DNA of 64,000 nucleotides, taken from positions 1,034,063-1,098,062 of the forward strand of contig CAZILL010000001.1 in NCBI GenBank assembly GCA_964540105.1. The letters are read 5' to 3'. Every line of letters starts with the position of its first letter. Within the stretch, counting starts at the first letter, position 1. Made by a program: the position numbers and the translations under genes. The notes below the pieces were generated by a model. That model was not told the DNA's origin. It ran no database searches and saw only the letters and a program-made list of their open reading frames with translations. Origin of the DNA: an uncultured Ignavibacteriales bacterium (lineage in GTDB: Bacteria; Zixibacteria; MSB-5A5; GN15; FEB-12). Below are positions 7,901 through 15,801 of this stretch, one piece after another.

Positions 7901-9091
7901 GGGGTTGCCAGTTCGCAGGCGATTCCGATTGTGGGGAGCGCCTTGAGCCTGTCGGTGGCAGACATTGACAAAGACAAGAATCTGGATATCAGTGTGGTCA
8001 ACAGCACGACCAAGGACTTGACCATATATTCAGGGAACGGTTTAGGGGGTGTAATTGCTACGCTCAAAGAATCGATGGGAGCTAATCCAGTACTTTCATT
8101 AGTGGCGACGGATTTGAACCGGAGCGGAAGTGTTGATTTTGTGGTTGGTGGTCAGGCGGGGAGCCCGATTCTGACGGCCCTTAACCAACTGCCGCCTGAT
8201 CCGATTCGACCTGAGGAGATGGTCGCCACGGGGTATGGGAATATCTCCATCTCCGAGATCAACCCGCAGGGAAGGACGATCTCAAGAGGATTGAGCACGG
8301 TGGCCGGTTCGGCCTTTGGCCGGTCTGATTTCGACGGGGACGGCGTGATTGACCAGCGAACCTGGGACTACAATCTGCAGGACGGCGAGTACATGATTGT
8401 GATACGCCCCAATCCGGGAACCACCCCTCCTGGTCCGGTGTTTTCGACCGACATTCGAATTAATGGTTCTGATCAATTGCAGTCACGTGTGTTTCATGAC
8501 TATCGCGATGCCTGGGGGAGTCTACAGAAAACAGCCGATGCTGCCGCCTTTGACAGCCTCATCTTCTATTTCAAGGTGGAATCGGTGTCCTCGATCAAGC
8601 CGAACAACGGCGTCAGGACGCACAGTCCACGTCCCGGCTTTGCGTGGGATCGTTTGATCGACTCGTCTGGAGTGCTCAAATATCAGTTTCAGCTGGATCG
8701 CTATTATGACTTGCGAGCCCCGATCTACGACGATTCGAGTCTGACGGCACCGAGATTCTTTGTCAATGCGTCCCTGGGTCTTGATTCGGTCTATTACTGG
8801 CGGGTGCGTGCTAAACGAGCGGGGGGGTGGGACTTATACTCTCGCACTTTTGCGGCGTACATAGGACCTGGCTGTTGCCTGAGTACCACCGGCAACACCG
8901 ACGGCTCACCCGACGACGTGGTTGACATTTCGGATGTGTTTGCGGTAGTCGATTATCTGGGCGCGAGCATTCCGCTTTCAAGCTGTTCGCCTGAGAATGA
9001 TGTCAATATCGATGGCACCATAGATATTTCCGATCTGTTCGCTCTGATCGATTACTTGAGTGGGACAGCGCAGCTGCCACCGTGCGCATAA
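4979..9091 (+). CDS. Secreted FG-GAP/VCBS-repeat protein (1370 aa) with a C-terminal 72-aa dockerin-like module
   Basis: GTG start with a signal peptide (LCLFAAQSFA). There are 21 repeats of about 47 aa, each with a DxDxDG Ca-loop (for example DFDGDGALD and DVDKDGHPD) and an SVLxNNGNGTF strand. The last 72 aa read CCLSTTGNTDGSPDDVVDISDVFAVVDYL...ENDVNIDGTIDISDLFALIDYL...PPCA. Confidence 0.9.
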   Translation: MKALTLAALWSVGLCLFAAQSFAFHPIFYTRIDFPVGGREPRSMCTADFDGDGALDLATSNFDNGNVSILRNNGNGTFGVADNYGVGSGPLTIFATDVDKDGHPDIVVANYSSNDISVLKNNGNGTFGTATNYGVGISWPYSLCSADFDADGWPDIAVANSGTNTVSMLKNHGDGTFADGVSYTCGSNPHSVCAADFDGDGSFDLAVADYAADSVSILKNNGNGTFAALVSYKVGSGPWYVLAANFGADAKLDLVAVNYGSNTVSVLINDGSGAFGTAVDYPSGGRSLCASSGDLDSDGDIDLIVPSIDVQSVSILKNNGVGTFAAPVSYAIENEGWAACVGDLDGNGKPDVAVGNRWPMPSVSVFMNDGNGGLRTPPEYGVDNPQSITSADFNGDGQFDVATANWNSNAISTLKGNGDGTFEPAINYAVGSHPISIATADVTSDGKPDLAVVNYSSGTVSVLRNNGNGEFGNRLDYFVGSCPISIAAGDLDGNGSTDLAVANFCSNNISILLNDGAGTFNASANYSAGLNPYSLQIADIDGDGKKDVIDVCTGDAGAYFFKNNGNGTFSSGVYSAIGGSPRFVCVHDVNMDGKPDLIIANGSNNPYNWGAGVRVLINSGSGTFSTLAVYSPGYNPYSLAVTDFDGDGLSEVAVGNAGSANISIMEINGDGTLTLRNNYGVNGGMLSICAADFNGDGKTDLGVALYAKNAITVLLNQSVPSIPLFDTTSTTDTANVFFVKQADMDLDNNPDIVFTGNSSDSLFIIYGKPNGTLEKQRSYLNIKNAAIAIDFINGDTLLDIAARTMTKLYVLLNLGGRNFSIDSMTTGASPMVYSPNVATFPTITTGYFDGDAKKDIVVNPGVLLSGNGLGQFPSNQTLPFTLDFVGTADFNGDGRDDIIATNGDSARIYLNNGTGAFTLSAATRIGYRAYDVVSLASDIDLNNDGKPDVALVTGISTGTNDTSVVTLIVGNGTGGVASSQAIPIVGSALSLSVADIDKDKNLDISVVNSTTKDLTIYSGNGLGGVIATLKESMGANPVLSLVATDLNRSGSVDFVVGGQAGSPILTALNQLPPDPIRPEEMVATGYGNISISEINPQGRTISRGLSTVAGSAFGRSDFDGDGVIDQRTWDYNLQDGEYMIVIRPNPGTTPPGPVFSTDIRINGSDQLQSRVFHDYRDAWGSLQKTADAAAFDSLIFYFKVESVSSIKPNNGVRTHSPRPGFAWDRLIDSSGVLKYQFQLDRYYDLRAPIYDDSSLTAPRFFVNASLGLDSVYYWRVRAKRAGGWDLYSRTFAAYIGPGCCLSTTGNTDGSPDDVVDISDVFAVVDYLGASIPLSSCSPENDVNIDGTIDISDLFALIDYLSGTAQLPPCA

Positions 9092-9215
9092 GAACAATCC
9101 CCTTGTAGAATGAGGAAGAGCCTCTGACAGCAATGCCAGAGTCTCCCGTGTTGTTACGGCCAATATGAGTATGTAGAGATTTGCCGTTCCGAGCGCGGCG
9201 AGAGATTTGCTTGCT

Positions 9216-9307
9216 CGTCCGCTGCGTCAAGGACTGATCGCCCCCCTTTGCCCATGTGACGCGCTCTGCGGGCTCGAGAGGGCGACTGAGAGGTTCGTAG
9301 GGGGGAT
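9216..9307. repeat. Copy A of a roughly 92-bp direct repeat (remnant gene 3' end plus downstream structured element)
   Basis: About 85% identical by eye to 10101..10191. It begins with cgtccgctgcgtcaaggactga, which encodes VRCVKD*, the same C-terminal end as the FISUMP gene at 9430..10122. Confidence 0.7.
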
Positions 9308-9358
9308 ATTGAAAGACGAGAAGGCACGAGGGCTGCCGCCCGACGGGTGTTCTTCGCC

Positions 9359-9387
9359 TTGACAAAACGGGGACTGTGATGTATTCT
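9359..9387 (+). promoter_or_regulatory. Sigma70-type promoter candidate for the FISUMP gene
   Basis: TTGACA (9359-9364), a 17-nt spacer, then TATTCT (9382-9387). It sits about 45 nt upstream of the GGAGGT-preceded ATG at 9430. Confidence 0.45.
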
Positions 9388-9429
9388 TTTATGTAATTCA
9401 GGTCAAACAATCTCGGTGGAGGTAATCGT

Positions 9430-10122
9430 ATGGGTAAACAGTGGCTCTTTATCGGCTTCTTGACAGCTTCTTTGTTTCTGACATCATCTTGTTCGAAAAA
9501 ATCCACTGAACCTGATGCAAAGACTGGCACAGTAACCGACATTGACAACAATGTTTACAAGACGGTGAAAATAGGTAATCAGTGGTGGATGGGGGAGAAC
9601 TTGAAAGTGACCCATTATCGCAATGGCGAAGCGATCCCCGACATAACAGACGTTCCCGCATGGGTAGGCCTTACCACTGGCGCTTACTGCGAATACAACA
9701 ACGACGTTCAGAATGTAACCACCTATGGCAGATTATATAACTGGTATGCTGTAGCTGACGGCCGGAACATAGCGCCAGCAGGGTGGCATTTGCCGACGGA
9801 CTCCGAGTGGACGACCCTCACTGACTATCTTGGTGGTAATGCTGTTGCCGGTGGCAAGATGAAAGAAGCAGACACAACTCATTGGGCAGACCCCAACACG
9901 AGTGCTACGAATGAAAGCGGATTCTCCGGGTTGCCTGGTGGTTACCGTAACTACTATGATGGCACCTACTTCGGCATAGGGCACAGCGCCAACTTCTGGT
10001 CCTCTACGGAAGGCAGCAGTGGGGACGCCAGGTACCGAAGCCTGAATTTCTACGATTCAACCGTCGACCGTAACTACTTCAATAAGGGAGACGGTTTCTC
10101 CGTCCGCTGCGTCAAGGACTAA
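9430..10122 (+). CDS. Fibrobacter succinogenes major paralogous domain (FISUMP) lipoprotein
   Basis: A lipobox-like LTSSC is present. The motifs GTVTDIDNNVYKTVKIGNQWWMGENLKV...YGRLYNWYAV...APAGWHLPTDSEW...AGGKMKE...SGFSGLPGGYR...FWSST...GFSVRCVKD match the hallmark motif string of this family. Confidence 0.85.
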   Translation: MGKQWLFIGFLTASLFLTSSCSKKSTEPDAKTGTVTDIDNNVYKTVKIGNQWWMGENLKVTHYRNGEAIPDITDVPAWVGLTTGAYCEYNNDVQNVTTYGRLYNWYAVADGRNIAPAGWHLPTDSEWTTLTDYLGGNAVAGGKMKEADTTHWADPNTSATNESGFSGLPGGYRNYYDGTYFGIGHSANFWSSTEGSSGDARYRSLNFYDSTVDRNYFNKGDGFSVRCVKD

Positions 10123-10191
10123 TCGCCCCCTTGCCCCGCGCGACGCTCTCTGCGGGCCCGAGACGGCTGCTGTGAAGGTCGTAGGGGGGAT
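10101..10191. repeat. Copy B of the roughly 92-bp direct repeat (3' end of the FISUMP gene plus downstream element)
   Basis: It pairs with 9216..9307. The post-stop part has C-run and G-run ends (tcgccccc ... ggggggat) and an inner CCCGC/GCGGG stem, so it is likely structured or terminator-like. Confidence 0.7.
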
Positions 10192-10194
10192 CGT

Positions 10195-10659
10195 CTACGC
10201 TTTGCGGAGGTCGACGCCGAATTTCAGGTAGGCTTTGAGGCCGGTATGAAATTCCGTCCAGCCTTCGCACATCATGAAGGCCATCTTGATATCCTTGGGA
10301 TCATAGCCGCTTTCATGGATGCGGAAGATAGTCTTGCCATTTTTGCGTACGAATTCAAAGCGGATCGTAGTCTGATAAGTCCCCATCATGTTGGAGCCGC
10401 GGACGATGATTTCCTTGTGCTTGACGAACTTGATGACTTCGAGGTGGATGGCACCGTGTTCCTTCCAGACCCATTCGACCGGAGTTTTCTTAGTGCCAAA
10501 TTCCCCAATGACATCATCGACAAAGTGTTTCACCAGATGCTTCTTCATGGTAACGCCGTCCCATACTTTCTGGAGCGGGGCGTTGAACACATTTGAGGTA
10601 GTGTACCCGAGTTTTCCCTTACCTATTTTGATCTTGGTGGGTTTCTTTGCTGTGGCCAT
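10195..10659 (-). CDS. SRPBCC/AHSA1-like domain protein
   Basis: It is 154 aa long and shows the FNAPLQKVWDGVT...IRFEF...G.T...HESGY...GWTEFHTGLKAYLE-type pattern typical of Aha1/SRPBCC ligand-binding folds. AGGAGA lies 9 nt upstream of the ATG. Confidence 0.75.
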   Translation of the reverse strand: MATAKKPTKIKIGKGKLGYTTSNVFNAPLQKVWDGVTMKKHLVKHFVDDVIGEFGTKKTPVEWVWKEHGAIHLEVIKFVKHKEIIVRGSNMMGTYQTTIRFEFVRKNGKTIFRIHESGYDPKDIKMAFMMCEGWTEFHTGLKAYLKFGVDLRKA

Positions 10660-11006
10660 GGAACTTGTTCTCCTGCGTTTGTCGTGTTGTTATGGTGGAC
10701 AACTTATGGAGCGTAATGAGTTTGGTCAACGCAATTCGGAGCGTCACTGTGGGAGTGATTGCACAGAGGCCACAAATTGCAGGGCTGATCCGCTGGGCCG
10801 AGCAAATCTGATGTCGGGTATCAGGTGTGCCAGGAGAGTCTCCCGTAACTTGAATGAGTTCTGCTCGAAGTGGGGACAGAACGGCGTAAGGATAAGTCGT
10901 GGTCTTGGCACGAGGTTCTAGTCGAAGAAGCATCCTGCCATCGACGCTCAGACTACTATATCCATGTTCGATCAGCGAATTTGTGCCTTTCTTGTGCCTT
11001 GTTTCG

Positions 11007-11052
11007 TTCAAAACTATTCAAAACAGTTCAAAAGGACTTGAACCAATTCAAA
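11007..11052. repeat. Helically phased TTCAAA(A) repeats in non-coding DNA
   Basis: TTCAAA starts at 11007, 11017, 11027 and 11047, with TTGAAC at 11038, giving a 10-bp register. A TTGTGCCTT x2 repeat (10981 and 10992) precedes it. Confidence 0.3.
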
Positions 11053-11194
11053 GATCGAACCTGATCGACGACAGGCGGTTAGATTGTAAGGTTATGGTGT
11101 CGAGCGGGTTACAAAAGTCGGCTACGCGTATCCCTGTCTCCCAGCTTATTCCCCGAATCATCGCCTTCAGCAAAATACCTTGAGTCTGCCGCTA

Positions 11195-11308
11195 TCCGGT
11201 CGTCCCGCGGAGAATGACGTTAATAGGGACGGGTCGGTATACATTTCTAATCTGTTTGCCATCATTGACTACTTGCACGGAACGACTCTGCTGCCGGCGT
11301 GTCCGTGA
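11195..11308 (+). pseudogene. Orphan remnant of the dockerin-like C-terminal module
   Basis: It translates to LSGRPAENDVNRDGSVYISNLFAIIDYLHGTTLLPACP*, matching positions about 35-72 of the 72-aa module found on three intact genes. The open frame reaches back only to 11090, with no start codon and no upstream domain. Confidence 0.7.
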
Positions 11309-11403
11309 GTATTGGCGTCACGCCACCCGTGTTGAAGCTGGGGCGGGCACTTCTCGCCAATGGCGAGCGCAAGACGTAACGCAGTGTTTGAACTCACTTC
11401 ACG

Positions 11404-14400
11404 TCATTGATTTGATAAGCCCGGCACGCTCGGAGCCACTGAATCTTTGACAATAGCAACCTCTGACCGTTCCGTCTCGCCTGTAGTCCGTTCCTTTGTG
11501 AGGCGCGCGAGAAGGGTATAGACGACGGGCACGACCAGCAAGGTGAGGAAGGTAGAGAAAATCATTCCGCCCACTACGGCGATGCCCAGAGGGCGACGCG
11601 ATTCGGCGCCGGCCCCGAGTCCAATGGCGATCGGCAGGACGCCAAAAATAGTCGCGAAGGAAGTCATCAGAATCGGTCTGAGTCGGATTGACGCAGCCGT
11701 GCAGACAGCGTCGACGACCTGCTTCCCCTGGTGTCGGAGCTGATTTGCGTATTCTACGATCAGGATTGAGTTCTTGGTTACCAACCCGATCAGCATGATC
11801 AGGCCAATCTGTGAGTAGATATTGAGGCTCTGCTTGAAGACGAGCAGGGAGACGAAAGCGCCCACAACTGCCAGCGGCACAGAGAGCAGAATGGTCAGGG
11901 GGTGAATGAAACTCTCGAACTGAGCCGACAGCACCAGGAAGATGAAGACAAGAGCGAAGAGGAACAGGAAGTACAGAGCGGAACTGGAATCGCGGAAGTC
12001 TCGCGATTGTCCGGACAGATCGGTCTTGATGGTATTGGGCAGGTCAGCAACGGCGATCTTGCCGAAGTCATCGAGAGCCTGCCCAAGACTGAAGCCCGGT
12101 GCGAGGTTTGCGGATACGGTTGCCGAGCGAACGCGATTGAAGTGATTCAGCTCCTTGGGCGCAACGGTTTCGTTAGTTTTCACTACTGTTGCGAGCTGCA
12201 CCAGACCACCCTTGCCGCGAACGTACAATTCATCGATTGCCCCCGGCGTGGCGCGTTCAGTCGGTTTCAACTGGGTAATCACATCATACTGTTTTGCGCC
12301 ACGTTTGAAATTCCCCACCACGCGCCCCCCAAGATAAGTCTCCAAGGCGGTGCCGACATCAGTCACCGAGACCCCGAGTCCTGCCGCTCGTTCCCGGTCG
12401 ATGCTGACGTCGAGTTGCGGCTTGTTGAGGCGAAGATCAGTGTCGAGATTTACGAGATACCCAAGGGCGCTCGCTTTTGAGATCATGATACCGACCCCCT
12501 TCTGAAGTTCCTCGTAGGTGTCCGCTTGCAGGACAAACTGCACCGGTGCGCTGAATCCCTGTCCAAGGGAGGGGGGATTGATGAGGAACGCCAGGACACC
12601 GGGGATGCCCAGCAGGCGTGGGAACAATTGCTGTACGATCTCCTGCTGAGAGCGGGTTCGCTCGTCGCGAGGCTTGAGCGCAAAGAACACGAACCCGTTG
12701 GTCACCCGACCGGGTCCGCCGAATCCGAGTCCAGTGGCGGTGAACAGCCCCTGGCGCTCGGGGACGTTCATGAGCACCTCTTCAATCTGGCGCATGTAGC
12801 GGTCGGTGTACGCCAGGGTTGCTCCTTCAGGGGCGAGGACGATTCCAAACGCGGTGCCTCGATCCTCGGTGGGAACTAATTCCCGGGGAAGGAAGCGCAG
12901 TGTGGCAACTCCCACTGCGACCAGTATCGCGACACTGGATAGTGTGATCACCCGATGGTGTATGACATATTCCAGAGAACTGTTATAGACGCGATCAAGG
13001 CGGACGAAGAAGGCGTCGAACGAGCGGGAGGCCCAGGTGTTGCGTCCACTGTGCAGGGGCTGGAGGATGCGCGAGCAGAGCATTGGAGTTAAGGTGAGAG
13101 CGACGAAGCCGGAGATCAGAACTGAAACGGCGACGGTCAATCCGAATTCATTGAACAGCCGCCCGACACTCCCTTGAAGAAAGGCCAGGGGCACAAAGAC
13201 CGTTACCAGCGAGATGGTCGTTGCGATGACGGCGAAGCCAATCTCCTTCGAGCCGTCGAAGGCAGCCCGCCATCGTGATTTCCCCATCTCCATGTGACGG
13301 TAGACGTTTTCGAGAACGACGATGGCGTCGTCGACTACCAGTCCAATGGCCAGTACCAGAGCGAGCAGGGTCAGAATGTTGATCGTGAACCCCAGGAAAT
13401 ACGCAATCGCGAAGGCACCGATGATCGATGTTGGGATCGCGAAAGTTGGGATGATTGTCGCTCTGAAACTCTTGAGAAACAGCAGAATGACCAGAACGAC
13501 GAGGACGATGGCAAGCGCCAGGGTCAGACCGACTTCGTGAATTGATTCCTTGATAAACGTCGCGGAATTGTAGGCAACGTCGAGCCGCATTCCTTCAGGA
13601 AGAAGCTTCGAGAGCTCCGGTAGATCGACGATTACGCGATCCGCAACCTCCAGCGTGCTGGCCTTGGATTGTTTGACGATCCCCAGACCAACTGCCGGCT
13701 GGCCGTTATAGCGCACGGCGGTACGTTCGTCGGCAGCTCCGAGGGTAACTTGGGCAACATCGCCGAGCTTTACAAAGTCGTCGCCGCTCTGCTTTACTAC
13801 GATCGCTGCAAATTGCTCCGGAGTGGCCAGCTCACCTCGCGTTCGGACCGAGAACTCGCGTCCCTCGCCCTCGACTCGGCCGGCGGGGATCTCAACGTTT
13901 TCGCGACGTATCGCCTGCTCGATGTCGGCAGTCGTAAGGCCGAGGCCTGCCATCTTTTGCGCATCGAGCCAGACTCGCATGGCATAACGCCGCTGACCGC
14001 CGATAATAATCGAGCCGACCCCTGGGAGCCGCTGGATATGATCCTTCAGAATTCGGTCCGCGACATCGGTCAGCTCCAGATTCGAGTGGCGAGTGCTTGA
14101 AAGGGCCAGCCAAACGATAGCCTGGGCGTTGGCATCGACCTTCTGTATGATCGGATCGTCCGCCTCTCGCGGCAGCTGGCCACGAATACGGGAGACGCGA
14201 TCGCGAACATCATTGGCGGCCTCATCGACATTGCGCCCCAGTTCGAATTCAATCGTGATGACCGATCCTTGTTCCTGGCTCGAAGAAGTGAGCGTCTTCA
14301 CTCCAGGGATGGTCGAAATCTGCTCTTCCAGAAGATCGGTGATCTCGGTTTCCACAACGTTCGGGCTCGCTCCACGGTAGAATGTTGAGATAGAGACGAT

Positions 14401-14529
14401 AGGTGGGTCGATGTCGGGGTACTCGCGGACGGGAAGGCGAGTGTAGGCAATCAGGCCGAACAGAATGATTACGAGCGTGAAGACAATCGCCAGAACCGGT
14501 CGATTGATGGAAAGTTCGCTCAACCTCAC
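11404..14529 (-). CDS. RND efflux transporter permease (AcrB/HAE1-like)
   Basis: It is 1041 aa. The N-terminus LSELSINRPVLAIVFTLVIILFG, the 12-TM plus two large-loop architecture and typical AcrB-family blocks all fit. Its GTG start overlaps the adaptor gene's stop as GTGA. Confidence 0.9.
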   Translation of the reverse strand: MRLSELSINRPVLAIVFTLVIILFGLIAYTRLPVREYPDIDPPIVSISTFYRGASPNVVETEITDLLEEQISTIPGVKTLTSSSQEQGSVITIEFELGRNVDEAANDVRDRVSRIRGQLPREADDPIIQKVDANAQAIVWLALSSTRHSNLELTDVADRILKDHIQRLPGVGSIIIGGQRRYAMRVWLDAQKMAGLGLTTADIEQAIRRENVEIPAGRVEGEGREFSVRTRGELATPEQFAAIVVKQSGDDFVKLGDVAQVTLGAADERTAVRYNGQPAVGLGIVKQSKASTLEVADRVIVDLPELSKLLPEGMRLDVAYNSATFIKESIHEVGLTLALAIVLVVLVILLFLKSFRATIIPTFAIPTSIIGAFAIAYFLGFTINILTLLALVLAIGLVVDDAIVVLENVYRHMEMGKSRWRAAFDGSKEIGFAVIATTISLVTVFVPLAFLQGSVGRLFNEFGLTVAVSVLISGFVALTLTPMLCSRILQPLHSGRNTWASRSFDAFFVRLDRVYNSSLEYVIHHRVITLSSVAILVAVGVATLRFLPRELVPTEDRGTAFGIVLAPEGATLAYTDRYMRQIEEVLMNVPERQGLFTATGLGFGGPGRVTNGFVFFALKPRDERTRSQQEIVQQLFPRLLGIPGVLAFLINPPSLGQGFSAPVQFVLQADTYEELQKGVGIMISKASALGYLVNLDTDLRLNKPQLDVSIDRERAAGLGVSVTDVGTALETYLGGRVVGNFKRGAKQYDVITQLKPTERATPGAIDELYVRGKGGLVQLATVVKTNETVAPKELNHFNRVRSATVSANLAPGFSLGQALDDFGKIAVADLPNTIKTDLSGQSRDFRDSSSALYFLFLFALVFIFLVLSAQFESFIHPLTILLSVPLAVVGAFVSLLVFKQSLNIYSQIGLIMLIGLVTKNSILIVEYANQLRHQGKQVVDAVCTAASIRLRPILMTSFATIFGVLPIAIGLGAGAESRRPLGIAVVGGMIFSTFLTLLVVPVVYTLLARLTKERTTGETERSEVAIVKDSVAPSVPGLSNQ

Positions 14530-15617
14530 TTGGGACCTCCCTGATCACGCGCTACGCCTGAGGCTGATTCGTGCGCAATTGGCACCACCTTGCTCCCTTC
14601 TCTCAGTTTCTGATGCCCCGCCCGCACCACAATCATACCGGGCTCGAGTCCCTTCAGAATCTCCACCATCCGACTTTGCCGAACGCCCAGCTCTACCGGA
14701 ACTCGCGTTACGCTGCTGTCAGGATTGACGGCGAAGACCAGCGTCTGACTTCCTTCGGCGAAGATCGCCTCGTCCGGGATCATCAGCGCGTGATCGCGCT
14801 TGCTCAGCACGGCGGAGACATTCGCGGACATACCCGGGCGGAGTTTCAGTTCCTGGTTCCGCACGTGAGCGATAACGCGAACGCTGCGAGTGGCTTTATC
14901 GACGACAGGCTCGATCACTGCAATGGTACCCTCGAATTCACGGTCCGGGAAGGCGGTGGTTGTGATTGACACAGGCGAATGCATCCGAAGCATCGGGTAG
15001 TAGCGCTCTGGCGCGGCGAACGTGACCTTGAGTTCATTGATCTGTGTCAAATCAGTGATGGAGGCGCCAGCGCGGACGAACGCCCCAGCGCTGACTCGAC
15101 GCGATCCGGTCACTCCCGCGAAAGGGGCAGTAATTTTCAGTTTGGCGAGTCTCGCTTGAATAATCCCCATTTCCGCCATCGCGACTTTCAGGCCGGCGGT
15201 GGCGTCGTCGAATTCCTGCGGGGCGACGGCTCCCTTGTCGGCGAGTGACTTGACCCGATCAAAAGTAGCCTGCTTCTGATCGCGAACCGCTTCCGCACGC
15301 GCCAGTTCAGCCTGAAGCTGCGTGTCGTCAAGCTGAGCGATGACAACGCCTCGCTGGATGGACGCCCCTTCCTGAAACGGCAGTTCTTTCACCAGTGCAT
15401 CGACTTCAGAAACAACGACAATGGCGTCAATAGCGTCGATTGAACCAACCGCTTCAAAACGATCGGTAACTGTCGCTTCGTTCACATTGGTCTGCTCTAC
15501 GGGCATCGGCGGAGGGGTGAACCGTTCCGCGGCTTGATTTCGGGAGCATCCGAGCAGCGCCGCTAAAGACAGCAGGGTGGCTGACCAGATGAATCGAGTA
15601 AGAATCTTGTGAGTCAC
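14526..15617 (-). CDS. RND efflux periplasmic adaptor (membrane fusion protein), lipoprotein
   Basis: A lipobox (LAALLGCS) is present. The coiled-coil hairpin region (QLQAELARAEAVRDQKQATFDRVKSL) and beta-barrel C-terminus are typical of the HlyD/AcrA family. It is coupled to the downstream permease. Confidence 0.85.
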   Translation of the reverse strand: MTHKILTRFIWSATLLSLAALLGCSRNQAAERFTPPPMPVEQTNVNEATVTDRFEAVGSIDAIDAIVVVSEVDALVKELPFQEGASIQRGVVIAQLDDTQLQAELARAEAVRDQKQATFDRVKSLADKGAVAPQEFDDATAGLKVAMAEMGIIQARLAKLKITAPFAGVTGSRRVSAGAFVRAGASITDLTQINELKVTFAAPERYYPMLRMHSPVSITTTAFPDREFEGTIAVIEPVVDKATRSVRVIAHVRNQELKLRPGMSANVSAVLSKRDHALMIPDEAIFAEGSQTLVFAVNPDSSVTRVPVELGVRQSRMVEILKGLEPGMIVVRAGHQKLREGSKVVPIAHESASGVARDQGGPK

Positions 15618-15801
15618 TGTAAACCTCTCAGTTAGCTTTCAAATCGCCAGGGTTCGGATCCCCTGCCGCCGGCATTAGTCGACTGTTGTTGTCTATTATC
15701 TCACTATAATGCGCCAGACGGCGGACGGTTCCCGAGGAATTCGGTCAGGCTGTCGGCCGAGAGCTCTTAACGGCTAATGGGGGGGGATAGGGACAGGCTT
15801 C

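Noticed and set aside
3503-11308. The idea that the N-terminal stub (3503..3739) and the orphan C-terminal module (11195..11308) are two ends of one gene split by a 7.4-kb insertion.
   Set aside because: I could see no flanking direct repeats, integrase or transposase. The intervening genes are in mixed orientation and include ordinary chromosomal genes (aqpZ, SRPBCC). Independent decay events are simpler.
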